A stretch of DNA of 56,919 nucleotides from an uncultured Akkermansia sp. (GTDB lineage: Bacteria > Verrucomicrobiota > Verrucomicrobiia > Verrucomicrobiales > Akkermansiaceae), in NCBI GenBank assembly GCA_964370355.1, contig CAYJJA010000003.1:1-56919 (forward strand), given 5' to 3'. The translations under genes and the position numbers were made by a program. This document shows positions 49,213-56,919 of this stretch, in pieces. Below the pieces are notes generated by a model. It was not told the origin of the DNA. It saw only the letters and a list, made by a program, of their open reading frames with translations, and searched no databases. How positions within the stretch are numbered: the first letter of the stretch is position 1; every line of letters starts with the position of its first letter.

Positions 49213-49833
49213 ATGACCAAACTCCAAACCATATTCTCATGGGGGCTCTCTCTCGCGATGGGCTCAGTCGCATTAGGCGAAACCATCATCCCCCTTCCTC
49301 CCGCACAAAAAGAAGGCGGCATGCCCCTACTAGAAACCCTCAGCAAGCGCCGCACCGTACGCGCCATGGACAAGCAAAAGCCCCTCGACATGCAAATGCT
49401 GGGCAACCTGCTCTGGGCGGCCAATGGGCTCAGTGATGACAAGGGACACCGCACCGCCCCCACCGCCGCCAACAAGCTCGAATATGAGCTCTACGTCGCG
49501 ACGGCATCAGGAGTCTACCACTACGACACCACCAAGCACGCTCTCAAGCTCGTGCTCGCAGGTGACGAGGGGCTCAAGCAGGCACGCTCCTTTGGCTCGA
49601 CGGAGATCCTGCTCGTCGTGAACAAAAATAAGCAGAGCAACGAAGGGCTCTTCCACTGCGACTCAGGCTTTATAGGGCAGAATATCTACCTCTTCTGCAC
49701 CGCCTTTGACCTCGGCACGGTGTATCGCGCCTCCTTCCCCAAAAAGAAGCTCAACGAGCTCATCCCCCTCCCCGAAGGCAGCGAGATCCTCTACACCCAC
49801 TCCGTGGGCTATAAGGCTGCTCCCAAGCCCTAA
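49213..49833 (+). CDS. SagB/ThcOx-type nitroreductase family protein with a signal peptide
   Basis: GGMPLLETLSKRRTVR, LLWAANG, RTAPTA and DSGFIGQNIYL motifs. Confidence 0.85.
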   Translation: MTKLQTIFSWGLSLAMGSVALGETIIPLPPAQKEGGMPLLETLSKRRTVRAMDKQKPLDMQMLGNLLWAANGLSDDKGHRTAPTAANKLEYELYVATASGVYHYDTTKHALKLVLAGDEGLKQARSFGSTEILLVVNKNKQSNEGLFHCDSGFIGQNIYLFCTAFDLGTVYRASFPKKKLNELIPLPEGSEILYTHSVGYKAAPKP

Positions 49834-49869
49834 GAGCATGATAGGGCTTTTAGCCTCCTAGATTTACCC

Positions 49870-49903
49870 CAAGCAGTCCTTCTCACTGTAGAAGGGCTGC
49901 TTG
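49870..49903 (+). terminator. hairpin terminator
   Basis: CAAGCAGTCCTTCT / AGAAGGGCTGCTTG inverted repeat. Confidence 0.65.
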
Positions 49904-49970
49904 CTGTGTTATACAATGTAGATAAAGCCTAACATGTCTGATATGAGCCTCGGGAATACCCTTATTGACC

Positions 49971-49999
49971 TTGACAGAATCGAGCTTTGGGGCTAGTAT
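49971..49999 (+). promoter_or_regulatory. sigma70-type promoter
   Basis: TTGACA-17 bp-TAGTAT upstream of the kinase gene. Confidence 0.65.
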
Positions 50000-50059
50000 G
50001 AATTCACCATTCATTTTCAACCCCTTCCATTACTACTAATTAACAAATATAATCAAATT

Positions 50060-51217
50060 ATGACCCCAACAACCATTCCCTTCGCTGAGCTCAACGAGCT
50101 CGAAGAGCGCATCGCCCGCATCGGTGATCACTTTGCCATCAACGGTCAATTCCTCCATGGAGAAGAGCTCAACAGCGGTCACATCAACACCACCTACCGC
50201 GCCTGCTACCGCACTGAGGACGGCCACGAAGACTACTACATCCTCCAGCGCATCAACAGCTACGTCTTCCCCGATCCCATCCTCGTCATGAAGAATGTAG
50301 AGAAAGTCACCCGCCACATACGCTGGAAGACCATGCGCCGCATCTGCCCCACACGCGTCGGACAGCCCCTCACCCTCTACCCCGCACGCGGCGGGCGCAA
50401 CTACATCGAGCTGCCCGAAGAAGGCGGACTCTGGCGCTGCTACAACAACATAGACGGCACCCACACTTACGATGTCGTAGAAAACACCCGCCAAGCCTAC
50501 CAAGCAGGCTACGCCTTTGGAGCCTTCCAAGGTCTCATCTCGGATATGAACCCCGAAGACATTCGCGAGTGTATCGCCGACTTCCATAATACCCCCAAGC
50601 GTTATGAGGCACTGCTCGCCAGTGTCGAGCGCGACGCGGTAGGGCGCAAGGCAGACTGCCTCGCCGAGCTCGCCGCCCTCGCCGAGAATGCGAGCGAGTA
50701 TAGCAAGCTCACCGAGCTCCAAGCCACAGGAGAGCTGCCCACGCGCATCACGCACAATGACACCAAGATCAACAACGTCATGCTCGATGCCGAGACCGAC
50801 GAGGCGGTCTGCGTGATCGACCTAGACACCGTCATGCCGGGCCTTGCCCATTACGACTTTGGCGACATGGTGCGCACCGCGACATGCCGCGCCGAGGAGG
50901 ACGAGGAGGATCTCAGCAAGGTCGTCATGGAGTTCTCCCTCTTTGAATCCCTCGCCGAGGGCTTCTTGGATGCGACACACTCCTTCCTCACGGAGAAGGA
51001 GGTCGAGCTGCTCGCCTTCTCAGGCTGGCTCATCACGTCAGAAATCGGCATACGCTTCCTCACCGACTACCTCGATGGGGACAAGTACTTCCGCTGCGAC
51101 AAGCCCGATCACAACCTCATCCGCGCGCGCAACCAGATCGCGCTTGCCAAGAGCATTCGCGAAAACCTCCCCGAGATGCAGCGCTACATCAAGCGACTGA
51201 TGAAATCGTACAAATAG
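50060..51217 (+). CDS. APH-fold sugar kinase, N-acetylhexosamine 1-kinase (NahK)-like
   Basis: GHINTTY, YILQRIN, FHNTPKR, THNDTKINN, VIDLDTVMPG and RFLTDYLDGD motifs. Confidence 0.8.
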   Translation: MTPTTIPFAELNELEERIARIGDHFAINGQFLHGEELNSGHINTTYRACYRTEDGHEDYYILQRINSYVFPDPILVMKNVEKVTRHIRWKTMRRICPTRVGQPLTLYPARGGRNYIELPEEGGLWRCYNNIDGTHTYDVVENTRQAYQAGYAFGAFQGLISDMNPEDIRECIADFHNTPKRYEALLASVERDAVGRKADCLAELAALAENASEYSKLTELQATGELPTRITHNDTKINNVMLDAETDEAVCVIDLDTVMPGLAHYDFGDMVRTATCRAEEDEEDLSKVVMEFSLFESLAEGFLDATHSFLTEKEVELLAFSGWLITSEIGIRFLTDYLDGDKYFRCDKPDHNLIRARNQIALAKSIRENLPEMQRYIKRLMKSYK

Positions 51218-51240
51218 GCAGCTCTGCTACGCAGATCTAG

Positions 51241-51289
51241 CAAGCAAAGCAACACAGCCTCCCCGCATGAGGCTGTGTTGTTTTGCTTG
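51241..51289 (+). terminator. intrinsic terminator
   Basis: CAAGCAAAGCAACACAGCCTC / GAGGCTGTGTTGTTTTGCTTG long stem. Confidence 0.75.
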
Positions 51290-51343
51290 GCACGCCGACC
51301 CATGCTTGACAAGGGCTCATGCGCTGCGCTATCATGATCCTAC

Positions 51344-52450
51344 ATGAAGACATACAACATAGCCGTCCTCGCTGGTGACGGTATAGGACCCGAGGTCATG
51401 GAGCAAGCCCTCAAGGTGCTCGCCGCTGTCGAGGAGAAGTACAACTTTGCCACCGAGCTGCACTCCTGCTATGTAGGAGGAGCCGCCATCGACCACTGCG
51501 GCAAGGCTCTCCCTGATGAGACCCTGCAAGCCTGCGAGCAGGCCGACGCCATCCTCTTTGGCTCCGTAGGTGGGCCCAAGTGGGACAATCTCCCCGCCGC
51601 CGAACGCCCCGAGCGCGGAGCACTCCTCCCCCTGCGCAAGCACTTCTCCCTCTACGCGAATCTCCGCCCCGGCATCTGCATGGCCGAGCTCGTCGATGCC
51701 TCCCCTGTCAAGAATGAGCTCATCAAGGGTGGCTTTGACATCCTCTGCGTGCGCGAGCTCACGGGTGGCATGTACTTTGGCGAGCCCAAGTTCTACGGCG
51801 AGCGCGATGGCGAGATCATCGGCATCGACACGCTCATCTACCGCAAGAGCGAGGTGGAGCGCATCGCACATGTCGCCTTCCAAGCCGCGCAGGGACGCGA
51901 CAAGCGCCTGTGCAGCGTGGACAAGGCCAATGTCCTCTCCTCCTCCATCATGTGGCGCGACACCATGGAAGAGATCGCCCCCCAATACCCCGACGTCGAG
52001 CTCACGCACATGTACGTGGACAATGCCGCCATGCAGCTCGTGCGCAATCCGCAGGCCTTTGACGTCATGGTGACAGAAAACACCTTTGGCGACATCCTCT
52101 CCGACGAGATGGCCATCATCTGCGGATCGCTCGGCATGCTCCCCAGCGCGTCGCTGAGTCAGGGCAAGACCGAGAAGAGCTTCTTTGGCATGTACGAGCC
52201 CTCGGGCGGCTCAGCCCCCGACATCGCCGGTCAAGGCATAGCCAACCCCATCGCCCAGATCCTCTCCCTCTCCATGATGCTGCGCTACTCCTGCATGGAG
52301 AGTGCCGCCGCCGATGCCATTGATGCCGCCGTGCGCCGCGTCATCGCCGCAGGCTACCGCACGGGAGACCTCGCACGCGGAGCGCAGGGCGAGATCCCCG
52401 TCGGCACAGCAGGCATGGGAGACGCCATCGTCAGCGCCATCCGGAGCTGA
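51344..52450 (+). CDS. leuB: 3-isopropylmalate dehydrogenase
   Basis: GDGIGPEV, GSVGGPKW, VRELTGG, VDKANVL, YVDNAAMQL, FGDILSDE and GSAPDIAG motifs. Confidence 0.95.
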   Translation: MKTYNIAVLAGDGIGPEVMEQALKVLAAVEEKYNFATELHSCYVGGAAIDHCGKALPDETLQACEQADAILFGSVGGPKWDNLPAAERPERGALLPLRKHFSLYANLRPGICMAELVDASPVKNELIKGGFDILCVRELTGGMYFGEPKFYGERDGEIIGIDTLIYRKSEVERIAHVAFQAAQGRDKRLCSVDKANVLSSSIMWRDTMEEIAPQYPDVELTHMYVDNAAMQLVRNPQAFDVMVTENTFGDILSDEMAIICGSLGMLPSASLSQGKTEKSFFGMYEPSGGSAPDIAGQGIANPIAQILSLSMMLRYSCMESAAADAIDAAVRRVIAAGYRTGDLARGAQGEIPVGTAGMGDAIVSAIRS

Positions 52451-52515
52451 TTGTCTCCTCATCATCCCACAAGGAGCAGGGGGTAGTAAAGCCCCCTCTC
52501 CCTCTCTACCATCAC

Positions 52516-53046
52516 ATGAAACATCTCCTCGCTCTCGCCCTCCTCCTCGCCGCCTTGAGCTCATGCAATCCGCTCAACCCCGCGCACTATTTTTCCCAAC
52601 GCGCGGCGACGGGCTACCGCCTCAGCGACGAGCTACTAGCCCAGCGCGACACCATCATCTTGAGCGCTACATGGGATAGTTACCCCTATCCCCTCCCCAA
52701 AGGCTGGAGTCTCTCCAGTGGCTACCAACTCTACCCCTTGATCGAGCTCCCCAAGGCGCAACAAGACGACATCATCCAGCAGCTCAGCGAGCTCAGCCGT
52801 GAGTACAACAAGGAAATAGGCACCAAAGAGTTCATCCTCTGGCCCTATGAAGTCAATCGTACCTACATAGGAATCAGCATCAATAAAAACATCAACATCA
52901 GATTGGCGCAGAGAGTCACCATGAGCTCAGGAGAAATCTACAGCACCTACACGCGAGCCATCACCCCAGCCGAGGCGAGACTACGCGACACCCTCGTCAC
53001 CTACCTCATGGCACGCGAAAGCAAAATTCAACGCGAAGAAGACTAA
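52516..53046 (+). CDS. hypothetical lipoprotein
   Basis: MKHLLALALLLAALSS-C lipobox. Confidence 0.7.
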   Translation: MKHLLALALLLAALSSCNPLNPAHYFSQRAATGYRLSDELLAQRDTIILSATWDSYPYPLPKGWSLSSGYQLYPLIELPKAQQDDIIQQLSELSREYNKEIGTKEFILWPYEVNRTYIGISINKNINIRLAQRVTMSSGEIYSTYTRAITPAEARLRDTLVTYLMARESKIQREED

Positions 53047-53358
53047 GCACCCCGTCACCTTTCAAATAAGAGTAGTTCGTCACAGCCTATGACTTGAGCA
53101 GGGGGGGCATGCAGCAACGCCAGCCAAAGTAATAGCTTCATTTTCGAGTCTACTCATCGCAGCGTGATTCAGACACTGTGGCAGAGGGCTTTGCCTCCGG
53201 AGTGCGCTCTTTTTCTTCCAAGGGGGCGCGTTGTTGCTTTGGGGCTTAGCGATGCGTATGGCCCCAGACCCGCGTTTAGCTGAGAGGAGGCAATAGCTGT
53301 CGCCTGCTAGGAGAAAAAACGCCTTGTCTTACGCTAGGCTACATGCTACAATCCATTC

Positions 53359-54198
53359 GTGACACGTGCCTTGATCAAGTCCAAATCGCGGGGATTCTTT
53401 TACCTCCTCCTCCTTCTCGGCGGTGGTGGGCTAGCCCTACTGCTCTGGCTACGCTCCGCCCCTGCAAGTCCTCCCCCCGAGCAAGTAGTAGCTCAAAAGC
53501 CTGCGCCTGTGCCGCGCACGATTTCTGCGAGTCTGCTCCACCTGAGTGCACAGCAGCTAGCCTCTCTACCCACCGTTGACGGCTTTCAATCCCCGCTGGG
53601 TACTGCTCAGGGGGGCTTTGTCTATGATGCTCAGCCCTTTGGTGCAGTCAATAGCAAGCGCGGAGGCATGCACACGGGGCAGGATCTCAATGGCATAGGC
53701 GGTGCGAATACCGATCTCGATCTGCCTGTCTACAGCGCGGCTCGCGGTATGGTCGTCTACAAGGGCACTCCCTCAGCCGCATGGGGACCTACGGTGGTCA
53801 TTGCTCATCGTCTGCCCGATGGACGCGTGATGCAGACGCTCTACGCGCATCTCCACTGCGCTGTTGTCGGTGTCGGACAGCTGCTTGCTCGTGGTGAGGT
53901 GATAGGCTCAGTGGGTAGTGCCGAGGGGCAATACCTCGCGCATCTCCACTATGAATGCATCGAGTCACGCGCCATGGAGGCGGGGAAGCCGGGCTACCAC
54001 CCCGCAGGCACGATGAATCGCATCGACCCTGTCGATCTCATGAGCCGCTACCCCGCGCCAGAGCACCCCGATGAGTTTGTCCAGCTGCGCCGCCTTTTTA
54101 TCCAAGAGGCTCAAGCGAGCACTCCCAAGCAAGAGCCCTCCTTCCCCGAGGGCAGTATCCCTGTCAATCCCAATAATTTTCTCACTCCTTTACCATGA
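53359..54198 (+). CDS. M23 family metallopeptidase, membrane-anchored
   Basis: HTGQDLN, YAHL and HLHYE motifs; GTG start 6 nt after TACAAT. Confidence 0.88.
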   Translation: MTRALIKSKSRGFFYLLLLLGGGGLALLLWLRSAPASPPPEQVVAQKPAPVPRTISASLLHLSAQQLASLPTVDGFQSPLGTAQGGFVYDAQPFGAVNSKRGGMHTGQDLNGIGGANTDLDLPVYSAARGMVVYKGTPSAAWGPTVVIAHRLPDGRVMQTLYAHLHCAVVGVGQLLARGEVIGSVGSAEGQYLAHLHYECIESRAMEAGKPGYHPAGTMNRIDPVDLMSRYPAPEHPDEFVQLRRLFIQEAQASTPKQEPSFPEGSIPVNPNNFLTPLP

Positions 54199-55616
54199 AA
54201 TCAACCTGGATATCCACCCTACTTATCATTGCCATCACCGCCATGGGCGCTTATGTGGTCTACCGTTACCTGTCTGCCGATGACACGTCGCAGACTGATT
54301 CTCCTACGCCTGTTGTGACTCAGAAAGAAGGAGAGGTAGTAAAGCCCCCTACCTCGACTACCCCTCCCAAGGAAGCTGACCCTGCCACGGACAGGGAGGA
54401 GAAAAAGCCCTCTGTAGTAGAACAGGGTGATGATCAAGGCGAAAAGAAGCCCACGCCAGAGGAAGTAGTCCTGGACGAGAAGCCCCCTCTAGCCCTGCCT
54501 ACACGATGGGCTCAGGACAAGAGGGGAGCCGCGCAATTGGCCGATCTGATGCTCAAGGGTGCTCAGCATAGCGATAAGAAAGCAGTCGTGGCTCAACTCA
54601 CCAAGGCAGGTCTCATCACGGAGAGCAAGGTCGCCGAGGAGCTGCAGCTGGCACTGGATCAGCTCGATCTAGGCTATGATACCACCCCTCTCAAGCTTAC
54701 GCAGGTGGGGACTTATATTGAGGATGTTACAGATATTCTTCGCTACAAGGTAGAAGATAGCGAGGGCAATGAGATGTACTTTGACCTCGTCAGTACGGGA
54801 GATGCTAGCAGACCTTGGGTGATCAAGCAGGTAAGTGCCGCCTCGAAGGGGACGCTCAAGGAGCCCACAGCTGCGCCTTCTATCCACGTCGTGGAGCAAT
54901 TCGTACGCGCCGTCAGTCAGGGCAATATGCTGGCAGCCCGCGAGCTCATCTCGGGCAAGGGGGTCTCTGATGCCACCGTGGCAGGACTCTGCATGGTCTT
55001 TGCCGAGGGCGGCTACAAGCTGCGCGATAGTGCCGCTCTGCGTGCGAGCTTTGAGAATGAAGACCGCGCGGGCTACCTCGTCTACCTCCATGGGCAGCGC
55101 GCCCCGCAGAATGTCTTTGTGGGCATTGAGCTCGCCAAGCTGCCTGAGAAGGGCTGGTGTATTGATAAGGTGGGGATGGATTCGCTGCTAGAGGGCTATG
55201 AGCAGAGTGCAGGAGAAGAGGGCGGCCGCTACTTCCCCATCGTGAAGATCCCACAGGGGGGCGATTCGCTGGTGCTCTTCTTTGCCTTTGATGACTCGGC
55301 TCTCACGCCGCGCTCCCTGCGTCAGCTCAAGATCGTCGCCGAGCTGCTCAAGGAGAGCCAGCGCAAGCTTGATATCTCGGGACACACCGACGATGTGGGC
55401 TCGGAGAGATACAATAAGGAGCTCTCGCTCAAGCGTGCCTCCTCCGTCATGAAGGCTCTCATCGACTTTGGCGTCTCCCCCGGTCAGATCACGATGAAGG
55501 GTATGGGCAAGTCCCAGCCACGCCGTCACTACAGCAATGAGACGCTCAGCGAGCAGCAGCTCGAAGCGATGCGCGCCGAGAATCGCCGTGCAGAAATCTA
55601 TCTCGACTTCCAATAA
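54195..55616 (+). CDS. OmpA-like C-terminal peptidoglycan-binding domain protein
   Basis: N-terminal anchor, Pro/Glu-rich linker, FAFDDSAL, GHTDDVGSERYNKELSLKRA and NRRAEI motifs; ATGA overlap with the M23 gene. Confidence 0.88.
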   Translation: MKSTWISTLLIIAITAMGAYVVYRYLSADDTSQTDSPTPVVTQKEGEVVKPPTSTTPPKEADPATDREEKKPSVVEQGDDQGEKKPTPEEVVLDEKPPLALPTRWAQDKRGAAQLADLMLKGAQHSDKKAVVAQLTKAGLITESKVAEELQLALDQLDLGYDTTPLKLTQVGTYIEDVTDILRYKVEDSEGNEMYFDLVSTGDASRPWVIKQVSAASKGTLKEPTAAPSIHVVEQFVRAVSQGNMLAARELISGKGVSDATVAGLCMVFAEGGYKLRDSAALRASFENEDRAGYLVYLHGQRAPQNVFVGIELAKLPEKGWCIDKVGMDSLLEGYEQSAGEEGGRYFPIVKIPQGGDSLVLFFAFDDSALTPRSLRQLKIVAELLKESQRKLDISGHTDDVGSERYNKELSLKRASSVMKALIDFGVSPGQITMKGMGKSQPRRHYSNETLSEQQLEAMRAENRRAEIYLDFQ

Positions 55617-56919
55617 TGCGCCCCACCTCTAGCTCGCACCCTGACTGGGAGGCCCTATCACGCCCTCCCAGCGATGCTGCTCGCCTCATGCCGCTCAAGC
55701 CGAGCTGCGACTACGCCGCTCTGCTCAATGAGGAGCAGTACGCGGCTGTGAGCACACAGGCGCGGCATGCGCTCATCATCGCGGGGGCGGGCAGTGGCAA
55801 GACGCGCACACTCACCTACCGCGTCTTATGGCTCTTGGATGCGGGGGTGCGGCCTTGGCATATCCTGCTGCTCACCTTCACGAACAAAGCCTCCAAGGAG
55901 ATGCTTTCGCGCGTGCAGGAGCTCGCGGGCGAGGAGGCCAAGAAGGTCTGGGGAGGTACCTTTCACTCCATTGCCAATCGTATACTACGCCGCCATGCCT
56001 CCAGCCTCGGCTACGAGTCTGGCTTTAGCATCCTCGATGGCGATGATCAGACGGCTCTGATGAAGTCCATCGTCAAGAAGCATGCCCCCCAAGAGAGCGC
56101 GAGTGCGAAGAAGAAAAAGCTCTTCCCCAAGCCCGCCGTCATCCTCTCCCTCCACAGCCTCGCGGTCAACACAGGACGCCATTGGCACGATGTCCTCTAC
56201 GATGAATACCCCCATCTGGACAGCTACATCGAGGAGCTAGAGCTTATCTATGATGCTTATGCGCAGCGCAAGCGTGAGGCGCATTCCATGGACTTTGATG
56301 ACCTCTTGCTCAATGTCGTACGCCTTCTGGAGGAGCATGAGGAGCTGCGCGAGCACTATCAGGCACAGTTCACCCACCTCCTTGTCGATGAGTACCAAGA
56401 CACGAATCGCGTGCAAGCGCAGATGATACGCCTGCTCGCGGGAGGGCAGCGTAGCAATCTCATGGTCGTGGGTGATGATGCCCAGAGCATTTACTCGTGG
56501 CGCGGGGCGGATGTGGAGCATATTTTTCGCTTTCAAGAAGAGTATCCCGATGCCGCGCTCTACAAGATAGAGACCAACTACCGCAGTGTACCCGACATCC
56601 TTGAGGTGTCCAATGCCGCTATCGCGCTCAACACGCGCCAATACGCCAAGGAGCTGCGCTCACACCGCCCCTCCGCGGGTTTCCTCCCTGCTGTCATCCC
56701 TGTGCCTGACAAGAAGATGGAGGCGGCCTTCGTCGCGCGTCGCATAGATGAGATCATAGGCGAGGGCGAGATCAAGGGGCGTGAGATAGCCGTGCTGTAT
56801 CGTGCGCATTTTCATAGCATGGAGCTGCAAATGGAGCTCACCCGCCAGCGCATCCCCTTCCGCATCACCAGTGGGCTACGCTTCTTTGAGCAGGCGCATG
56901 TGAAAGACCTCGTCGCCTT
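55616..56919 (+). CDS. uvrD: UvrD/PcrA family helicase, 5' part (runs off window end)
   Basis: TAATG coupling; manual translation gives LNEEQ, AGAGSGKTRTL, LTFTNKA, GTFHS, DEYQDTN, VGDDAQSIYSWRGA and NYRS. Confidence 0.9.
   Translation, partial: MRPTSSSHPDWEALSRPPSDAARLMPLKPSCDYAALLNEEQYAAVSTQARHALIIAGAGSGKTRTLTYRVLWLLDAGVRPWHILLLTFTNKASKEMLSRVQELAGEEAKKVWGGTFHSIANRILRRHASSLGYESGFSILDGDDQTALMKSIVKKHAPQESASAKKKKLFPKPAVILSLHSLAVNTGRHWHDVLYDEYPHLDSYIEELELIYDAYAQRKREAHSMDFDDLLLNVVRLLEEHEELREHYQAQFTHLLVDEYQDTNRVQAQMIRLLAGGQRSNLMVVGDDAQSIYSWRGADVEHIFRFQEEYPDAALYKIETNYRSVPDILEVSNAAIALNTRQYAKELRSHRPSAGFLPAVIPVPDKKMEAAFVARRIDEIIGEGEIKGREIAVLYRAHFHSMELQMELTRQRIPFRITSGLRFFEQAHVKDLVA

Overview
About 57 kb of bacterial chromosome, roughly 55-60% GC by eye. 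The gene content points to an Akkermansia-like Verrucomicrobium (inference): PEP-CTERM proteins, a TIGR03790-type gene, a prepilin-type protein, and mucin-glycan enzymes (GH95, GH16, GH33, a NahK-like kinase). Most of the window is housekeeping or metabolic: gyrB, mpl, rpmF, glf, porin-pstSCAB-phoU, menA, pyrC, gmd-fcl, kbl, rplS, leuB and uvrD/pcrA. Three AT-rich insertions interrupt it: 3.75-7.0 kb and 25.9-27.0 kb carry glycosyltransferase-like genes, and 38.9-43.65 kb carries an unannotated two-gene operon. That operon is the best candidate for an undescribed system. It encodes an 883-aa soluble protein with an embedded degenerate receiver domain and a 665-aa protein with about six C-terminal TM helices, and it converges on an apparently truncated TIR/DUF4062-like gene. 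Other notable signals are widespread leaderless-type promoters (-10 box 5-8 nt before the start codon in at least 11 genes), a dispersed MITE/REP-like element with perfect 24-bp inverted repeats, a tandem gene pair with a gene-conversion signature, and a candidate structured RNA at about 53.18-53.31 kb. I saw no rRNA, tRNA, CRISPR array, integrase or transposase. All family calls come from motif recognition by eye, not database searches.
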